Assembly (NCBI GenBank): GCA_964019335.1
Contig: OZ025666.1
Coordinates: 496,001-560,000, forward strand
Direction of reading: 5' to 3'
Length of the DNA stretch: 64,000 nt
Source of the DNA: Diplonema japonicum
Lineage: Eukaryota; Protista; Euglenozoa: Diplonemea
The notes below the pieces were generated by a model that worked only from the letters and a program-made list of their open reading frames with translations, had not been told where the DNA came from and did no database searches. The translations under genes and the position numbers were made by a program. Positions 56,628-64,000 of this stretch are shown here, in pieces. Every line of letters begins with the position of its first letter. The stretch's first letter is position 1.

Positions 56628-57199
56628 ATGGCAACATACGAACGGAGGCTGCAGCGGGAGCTGGATAAATTTAGGGAGAACCCGCCTCCGGGGCTGTACA
56701 TCTGCGACGGGGATGTGCCGAACCTGACGGAGTGGAGGATCACTTTGAACTACAAGGACACGTCTTCTCTGTACGACGGGCAAACCTTCAAGCTGAGGTT
56801 TCGATTTTCCGAAAAATACCCCATGGACTCGCCAGAGGTGATCTTCCTGGACCCCATCCCCCTTCATGAGCACATTTACTCGAACGGGCATATTTGCATG
56901 GACATCCTATATGACGCTGCGTGGTCACCGGCGATGACTGTTTCTACCATTGCGCAGTCTATTTACTCAATGCTGGCAGGTTTGGAAGAAGGGGAAGGGG
57001 GGGGGAATTTAAAAAAAAAAAAAATAAAAAAAAAAGGTGCCTCCGAGGAATCCTATAAAAAGCCATCCGATGACGAAATGTACTGTGCGCGGTGCCGGGA
57101 GACAGGGCAGGGTCCCAAGCAAACGGTGTGAGAAAGAAAAGAAAAAAAAAAAAAAGAAAAAATAAACAGAAATGGGATTTCCATGATACGAAAGCATAG
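56628..57199 (+). CDS. UBE2W: Ubiquitin-conjugating enzyme E2 W, 3 exons
   Basis: HEHIYSNGHICMDIL, WSPA; introns 56980-57036 and 57126-57169 yield the family-typical tail PKQTKWDFHD. Confidence 0.9.
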
Positions 57200-58707
57200 G
57201 AGAAAAGGGGGAAAAGGAAAAAAAAGAAAATGTTTTTTTTTTCACTCCCAAATGGTTTTTTTTTTTATTTTTGTTTTTTTTTTTTTTTTTCTGTCCCTTC
57301 CCCCCTTTGGAACTATATCTGTGGCGCAGTTTTTCTTTCTTTCTTTTTTTACGACAAAGGTGCGCTTCATCCTCGAACTCGCAACCGGCTCACGGGGAGA
57401 GACGACTGGAACAATATATTCGTGCCGACCTACCTCGAACCTACCAGAAGAATTCCCACCCCATCTGCCGATAAAAATGCAGCGACGCAGAAGGGTAACA
57501 ACACAAGATAGACCCTCCACCACGCTGCACACTTAACGCCAAATAGTGTTGCAACCAAAACCCCATTTTTTTCTTTTTTTTTTTTTTTTTCGTGTGGGTG
57601 AAAAAAAAAATCAAAAGATTTTCACTTTCATTGATCTCTGTAAACTTGTAGCACCCCCCACATGGAGAAAAAAAAAAGAAAAGAAAAAAAAAAAAAAAAA
57701 AACGTATTTTATGAAAAATACGAACTTGTGTTTCACTGTGGTAGCAGTTTTTGACGTTAACCGTCGCAACTCAATGCCACCTCTCCGTGAAATTATGGGA
57801 TCTTACATAAATAAAAATAGTTCTTCCTTTTTTCTTTGTTTTTACACACGCATTCTGCTACAGACCATAACAACGCTAGAAACGGAAACATGAACAACTG
57901 CCGGAAATAGTTTCTTCAAAAGTGTGTTTTTTTTTTTTTTTACCCCCTTTTTTTTTTGATACCAGTTGTTGTTGTTGTTGTTGTTGTTGTGAATATACTG
58001 GGCACAGATAGCTACTTTGTTTAAAGAGGGGAAAAAAAAAAAAAAAAACAAAGGGAATCTTTCCCAAGAGGGGGAAGGGGGTGGCAGAAGATGAGGTTTT
58101 AATCCCAGACCCTTGACCCTTTGCAATGTGTATGAGTATAACCGTACACCTACAGATTTCTAAGGGGGCAAGACAACTGGCTTCTTTTAAGGAATGGAAA
58201 GATGTTTGTTTAATTTTTTTTTTGTTCTTTTGAAACCAATCTTTTTCTCACAAGAGATATCCACACAACACGCAAAGTTTTAAAAAAAAAGAAATGAGGA
58301 GAGCCTGCTTTTTTTTTTTTTTTGTCTCTCATTCAAAAGGGAGAAGCAAAAAAAAGAAGAAGAGGAAGAGAAGGAAAAAAAAAAAAAAGAATGACCTCAT
58401 CCCTATCCCCCCCCACACCACCCCGTCTCTTTATTTATATCTCCCAGTCTTTGAATTACATTTGACGTCTGGCTTGTCCAACTTGTTCAGGGGACCACCA
58501 CAGTCGGCTCCAAGAATAACCAGCCCATCCCACAAAGCCCTGGATAGGCTAATGCAGACAGGACCATTTTCAGCAATAAAAGAAAGAGAGAGAAAAGAAA
58601 ACCAGTTTTTTGGAGCGCTATGAGCTGAATAACCCTCCAAAAGAAATACCCCAAAAAGAAAAAGAGAAAAGAAAGAACTAGTTACCCTACAGGAATATAA
58701 TGTCCAA

Positions 58708-61632
58708 ATGGCGGCTCTGCTTATGTACATTGCGGTGGTGAGTGTGGCCCCTGACCCCAGTGTGTGTACTAGTTATGAGATGGTGTCCGGTTCGGCGATC
58801 GACCACTCGTCTGGGTACGGAGCAGGTGAGGTGAAGTGCTGGCGGATCCCTTGCAGCGGTGGCTATGTGTCGCTCACATGGAACACCTTCGAGACTGAGG
58901 ACAGTGAACACTGCTACGACATTGGAGGGTGCTCCTCAGGGTGTCCTGGATGCAACTGTGACTATGTCATAATCTACACCACAGCAGGGAATTCTGAGCG
59001 GATGTGTGGGACGAGCCTGCCGTCTTATACCATTGCTGATGTAGGTGACGTTGTAATTCACTTCAAGTCGGACAACCTCAAGCACCGTGCTGGCTTTAGT
59101 CTCGGCTTTACCTGCTCCGTTACCGCTCCCACCGACCCCCACACTGCCATCAAAGCTGCCACCAGTGTCGACGCCGATTGCCACCACTCCTACACGGACC
59201 TCACCCTCACTCCAGCCTCCACACTATCGGTCCCTGCCTCTGGAACATACAAGCCAGGCCTGTCCCAGTGCTACCGCGTCGCTTGCAGCCACCAGCTGCA
59301 GCTGACGTGGAACCGCTTCGACATCGAGGGCGGCGCTTCTTGTCCCAACGACAAGGTGGTCCTCTACACGACGTCGGGGAAGACAGACCACTGTGGGTCG
59401 ATGTCTCCTTCTCTCACACCTCCGATGGGCTCCGATGTCGTGCTGCTGATGGAGAGTGATGGTGCCACAGAGCTCACGGGGTTTGAGGTGATCTTCGAAT
59501 GTTTGACACCCGCCCCAGATACTCCTGCTCCAGACACACCTGCTCCTGATACTCCTGCACCGGACACACCTGCCCCTGATACACCTGCACCAGACACACC
59601 TGCTCCTGATACTCCTGCACCGGACACACCTGCCCCTGATACCCCCGCACCGGACACACCTGCCCCTGATACACCTGCTCCAGATACTCCTGCACCGGAC
59701 ACACCTGCTCCTGATACTCCTGCACCAGACACACCTGCTCCTGATACTCCTGCACCGGACACACCTGCTCCTGATACCCCCGCACCGGACACACCTGCCC
59801 CTGATACACCTGCACCAGACACACCTGCTCCAGATACTCCTGCACCAGACACACCTGCCCCAGATACTTCTGCTCCAGACACACCTGCTCCTGATACCCC
59901 CGCACCGGACACACCTGCTCCTGATACTCCTGCTCCTGATACTCCAGCCCCTGACACAACAGCCCCTGATACACCCGCACCTGACACACCTGCTCCTGAT
60001 ACTCCTTCCCCTGACACACTGGTACCTGATACTCCAGCACCGGACACACCTGCTCCTGATACACTGGTACCTGATACCACCGCTCCAGATACACCCGCTC
60101 CTGATACCCCTGTACCGAGCACTCCATCTCCTGATACGCCAGCACCAGCTACTTTCGCTCCTCAAACTTCAGCACCCACAGCAGTACCAACCACTGCGCC
60201 TGTCAAAGTCTCTCCTGACACTCCAGCACCGGTGACATCTGTTCCCGATACCCTTTCTCCATCGACCTCTGCACCTTCAACAGAGCTCACATCGCAAGCT
60301 ACACAATCGCCTCCCTCTACCGCACCCGACACTGCCACCCCGCTTGTGACACTCATGCCGGCCACGCCGGTGCCTGCTGTGCTGTCAAAAGGCGAGAAGA
60401 AGACCATCGAAGGCACCAATGCGGCGACAGGTATTACCACTGTTGTGGCATCGGCCTCACTGAGCACCATGTCCACTGGGGGTGCGGCATTGGGGAAGGG
60501 GAGTGCACGTGCGGTTCGGAGCTCCTTGTACCTGTCGATGCTCGACTGTCCCAACACTGGCTTGGTGGAGACCGACCGCGCACTGAGCCCTCTGGGGATT
60601 TCAATAGGCGACGGGGACCTGCAGGAACTACGCGGGATGCTGGTGGGGAACTTCATAATCATCTCTACCTTCGGAGTGGTGATGCTGTGCGTAGGGTGGT
60701 ACATGGCGTTCAAGGGGGCAGGCTTCGACATCGTCATGTGCAGACTGCCTGCTGCAACATTCTTCATTCTACTAGAGTTCCTATGGGGCGGAACAGCAGA
60801 AGGAGCGGCCGCGGTGATAATATACGACGATAGGTTCAGAGTGATGGGGCTGATCGTGGCAATGTGTGGACTAGGGTGCCTGGGATGGCTGGTATACATA
60901 GTGAGGGAGGTTAAACACATCGCGAGGATGAAGCCCACATACGTGACTGGGACATGGAGATGGGTACGCGCCGCATATGTGTGGGAGGCCACCACAGAGG
61001 AAAACGAGGCAAAGGTGGGGTGGCAGAGCGCAGTTTTCGACTGCTACAAAAGCCAGCATTGCGGGTATTTCGTAATACAACTGAGTTTGATGAGCGTGGC
61101 GGCTGTGCTTGGCGCGTGGAACCCGCAGACGACGTTGTCCTGTGCTTCGCGTGCTGGGGTCATGACGGGGGTGGCAGGTTGTTGGCTTTCTTACCTTGTC
61201 GTGGCGCATCCTTACGTTCGCCCTTTAGAGAATTTTGTGGAGGTGGTTGTGGCTGCATTTGAATTTACATATATAACGATGGTCCTAGCTGCCATCACGA
61301 AGCAGGATGTGGAGCTTCAGGACACAGCTGCATCTATGGGTTTTGCCCTCGTCATGGCCAACGCTGCGAAGTTTCTTTTCGACATTCTGTTTTTGCTGTT
61401 TGACGTGTTTCACTCCCGAAGGGTGCACGGCACCTTCAAGGGGAGGCCGCTTGTTATGTGCAACCCGCCTTACGGGTGTTACCAGTGTTACCACCTTAAG
61501 CAGACCGGCTTTGAAAATGATTCTGCGGTCACTTTGCTTCCCATCCCTCATGCCTCTTCTGAGAACTGTGATTCCTCATCCCGTTCCTGCGTGCTGACTG
61601 CGAAGAAGCCTCTCAAAATATTCTATCTCTGA
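58708..61632 (+). CDS. Surface protein: two CUB-like domains, PDTPA mucin-like stalk, multi-pass membrane domain
   Basis: CWRI..F.TE..CDYV..CG..FKSD..GF pattern twice; long PDTPA run; multiple hydrophobic helices at C-terminus. Confidence 0.88.
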   Translation: MAALLMYIAVVSVAPDPSVCTSYEMVSGSAIDHSSGYGAGEVKCWRIPCSGGYVSLTWNTFETEDSEHCYDIGGCSSGCPGCNCDYVIIYTTAGNSERMCGTSLPSYTIADVGDVVIHFKSDNLKHRAGFSLGFTCSVTAPTDPHTAIKAATSVDADCHHSYTDLTLTPASTLSVPASGTYKPGLSQCYRVACSHQLQLTWNRFDIEGGASCPNDKVVLYTTSGKTDHCGSMSPSLTPPMGSDVVLLMESDGATELTGFEVIFECLTPAPDTPAPDTPAPDTPAPDTPAPDTPAPDTPAPDTPAPDTPAPDTPAPDTPAPDTPAPDTPAPDTPAPDTPAPDTPAPDTPAPDTPAPDTPAPDTPAPDTPAPDTPAPDTPAPDTPAPDTSAPDTPAPDTPAPDTPAPDTPAPDTPAPDTTAPDTPAPDTPAPDTPSPDTLVPDTPAPDTPAPDTLVPDTTAPDTPAPDTPVPSTPSPDTPAPATFAPQTSAPTAVPTTAPVKVSPDTPAPVTSVPDTLSPSTSAPSTELTSQATQSPPSTAPDTATPLVTLMPATPVPAVLSKGEKKTIEGTNAATGITTVVASASLSTMSTGGAALGKGSARAVRSSLYLSMLDCPNTGLVETDRALSPLGISIGDGDLQELRGMLVGNFIIISTFGVVMLCVGWYMAFKGAGFDIVMCRLPAATFFILLEFLWGGTAEGAAAVIIYDDRFRVMGLIVAMCGLGCLGWLVYIVREVKHIARMKPTYVTGTWRWVRAAYVWEATTEENEAKVGWQSAVFDCYKSQHCGYFVIQLSLMSVAAVLGAWNPQTTLSCASRAGVMTGVAGCWLSYLVVAHPYVRPLENFVEVVVAAFEFTYITMVLAAITKQDVELQDTAASMGFALVMANAAKFLFDILFLLFDVFHSRRVHGTFKGRPLVMCNPPYGCYQCYHLKQTGFENDSAVTLLPIPHASSENCDSSSRSCVLTAKKPLKIFYL
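59506..60145 (+). repeat. Coding 15-nt minisatellite (PDTPA)n, roughly 40 units
   Basis: ccNgaYacNccNgcN repeated with synonymous variation. Confidence 0.95.
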
Positions 61633-63084
61633 TAAAACGCTGGAGCGTTGTGTTTTTGTTTTTCTTGTTTTACTGCTTACAACAAAACAAGAAACATGCA
61701 GCTTATGTGCCGCAACTAGTCCACCAATACGGAATCTCAAGTTCCGTGCACAGTCCCAATATTTTTTCGGATTTTTTCGGCACCCCCATGCACACTGAAA
61801 TTTTATCGAGTTTTTTTTTTTCCACCTTAGTATTTTCTGCATTCACTTCACCTAACCAGCTTTCGTTTTTTATTTTTATTTTTTATTTTTTTTTTACCTC
61901 GTTTCCTTGAGAAAACAAAAAGAAAAAAAGAAGAAAGGGGGTGGGGGGAGTGTTTTCTTTTGTTTCAAGGGCTTTTGCTTTCTGACAACCCGCAAACCCC
62001 TCCTGCCCTCACTGAAAATTCAGGAAAAGGAAAAAGAAAAGAAAAAAAAAAGGAAAAAAGAACGAGAGGGCTGGTTAGCTGATATTCGCTTTTAACAAGA
62101 AGAAAGAAAAGAGTAATAGAGTAAAGAAAAAAAAAGAAAAGAAAAAGGAAGAGAAAAAAAAAAGAAATCATATATCATCTCAGCCGAGAGGACGTTCTTT
62201 ACAGGCTGGGAATAGGATAGTAATGTACTTAATGTCCCCCTCCCCGTCCCAATCGAAATCTAGCCCCTTCTTTAGAAGTTTACTTTTGAAAAAACGAAAA
62301 AGAAGGGAATTTTTTCTTCTTATTTTTTGTACACCTCCTTTTTTTTCCCCCAACCTAGAAGACACACCTACCTCCACCCTTCTTGGTAACACTTAAAAAC
62401 GATTTTAACATCGGAAACGGTTTGCCAGAAGGGCCCATCAACAACGCACACTGTGGGAACGTTCGTAGCAATTAAGTACGAAACACAAACGGAGTCTTCT
62501 AAGAAAAAAAAAAAAAAAAAAAGAAATCACTCACGCAACCACCATCATCTGTGGAAGAATTGTCTCAACGTTTTTTATTTATTTATTTTTTTACTTCGTG
62601 CCTAATCACAGTGAATTTCCCCTTCCCCGCCCCTCCACACAGGTATTCCCTCTTCTTCTCTATCCTAACCCTTTTTTGCTTTCGGAAGAGCTGAGATGGT
62701 GTATTTGAAATTTCTTTCTTCATTACGTGCACGCACTCTGTCCCTATAGGGGATTTTAGTCGGGTTTAAGGGATCTATGATACGGTCCCTTTTTTCTTTC
62801 TTTCTTTTTTTTTTTTTTTTAAAAGAGTAGAACTGATTCTGCCCCTGGGCAGAAAAAAAAACCTTTTATATAACTCCAGTCAGATTTTCAAGGGTGGGAG
62901 TGAATATAATATTTCACATTATTTCACGCTTCACTTTATTTTCATTGCAGATTTCAGGCTTGTTTTAGGAAGAAAACAGGGGCAGAAATGAAAATTACTT
63001 TATGAGTGAATATAAAGTACTTTATATTCACGCTTGCCCTATTTTCACTGCACAGCAAGGGTTGGGGGCGCAAACACGGAAAAG

Positions 63085-63330
63085 ATTGGCTAGCCTTCGG
63101 GCTAGTGGTAGTCTGGCCGGCTACCAATCCCCAAGGCCCGGGATCGATTCCCTCCTCTCGGTATCTTTCGGGGAGTCGACCCGTGATCTCTTCCTCTCAC
63201 ATCATCTCCAACGCCAACATTCGGCTCCGGGCGGGGCCAACAAATCCTTCCACGGTGGAATAACGCAGAAGGCGGCTCGATCCGTAAGTGACCACTGGCC
63301 TCTAGGCAACCAGTTAAAAACAGAACCGTC
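63085..63330 (+). mobile_element. Possible tRNA-derived SINE or structured ncRNA
   Basis: A-box-like tagtggta and B-box-like ggatcgattcc; ctagcc-TTCG-ggctag hairpin; no complete cloverleaf. Confidence 0.4.
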
Positions 63331-63794
63331 CCCCGTAGGGATGGGCAGTAAAGGAACACTATGGCAGGAGAACCGGGGTTTCCGATACAAGTGCACTTAT
63401 AGCAAAAAAAAAAAAAAAAAAAAGAAAAAAACGGAAAAGAAATCACCTAAGTGGTTACCACACAGGCCTCTTGTTTTGGAAACCCCGGTTCGAATCTGGG
63501 AATCTCACTTTTTACGTCACTCAAGGATCTGGTCGCCTCTCAACAGAAGGGGAGAGAGGTGGGCTTGGCAAGCCAGCAGCGGTGACAGCTGCTAGTGGGG
63601 CAACCTCAGCAACCCAGGCAGCAGCCTCACAGGTCCAGACCGAGGTCCTGTCAGCACTCATGGACGCACAGCCCGCACCACACAGGATATGCCTTGACAA
63701 TCAATATCAACCATAAGCACCCCAGTAAAATTTTAACTTGTAACTTGTAATACCCCACCCTTTCAAATCTGACTGACGTTAAATAAAACAACGG

Positions 63795-63979
63795 ATTTAG
63801 TGAAAATAGATCCGATTTTCACTTGTGGTGGCATGTTTAACTCATTGATGTTACTTCACTCGCTTCGCTCGTGAAGTAGACATTCATGACTGCACTCGCT
63901 TCGCTCGTGAAGTCATATACCCACTCGTTAAACTACTGCCACCACGCGTGAAAATCATACGATCTTATTTTCACTAAAT
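63795..63979. mobile_element. Foldback/MITE-like palindromic element
   Basis: atttagtgaaaatagatc..ttttcac..gtggtggca..gtttaac mirrored by gttaaac..tgccaccac..gtgaaaa..gatcttattttcactaaat; two internal cactcgcttcgctcgtgaagt repeats. Confidence 0.7.
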
Positions 63980-64000
63980 AAATAGTTATTCCTTGTATTT

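Noticed and set aside
59224-60165. Minus-strand ORFs (GVSGA, YQEQVC and RSRCV repeats)
   Set aside because: Antisense shadows of the PDTPA minisatellite.

Overview
Eukaryotic genomic DNA, most consistent with a euglenozoan, diplonemid-like protist (inference). The basis is that every host gene is on the + strand, introns are sparse and very short, T/A homopolymers fill the spacers, and there are PDTPA-repeat/CUB and multi-PDZ/ART proteins. About 19 host genes are supportable, including a DUSP, EGF+GH43-like glycosidase, PB1-MAP3K, SAM protein, stand-alone Hsp70 SBD, TMEM8-like, NTMT1, WW-repeat protein, tetraspanin, VAC14, PDZ/EF-hand/ART giant, PAM2 micro-protein, M64-peptidase/tetraspanin fusion, UBE2W and a CUB-PDTPA membrane protein. 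Several need 36-59 nt, mostly purine-rich GT-AG introns that the ORF track misses. Mobile DNA: (i) a group of non-LTR retrotransposons (OTU-like ORF1; APE-RT-CCHC ORF2 with an unrecognised C-terminal domain) that end in T-rich rather than A tails, sit head-to-tail in T tracts and are all sense-oriented; (ii) a Sola-like TIR DNA transposon; (iii) foldback and SINE-like elements at the right end. The most unusual structure is a non-coding array at ~50.0-51.8 kb of alternating 66-76 nt units. Each unit has GC-AG intron-like ends and a type-specific internal hairpin, and units are separated by A-rich spacers; the best-conserved spacer has stops in all three frames. Homopolymer lengths and some frameshifts may be long-read errors.
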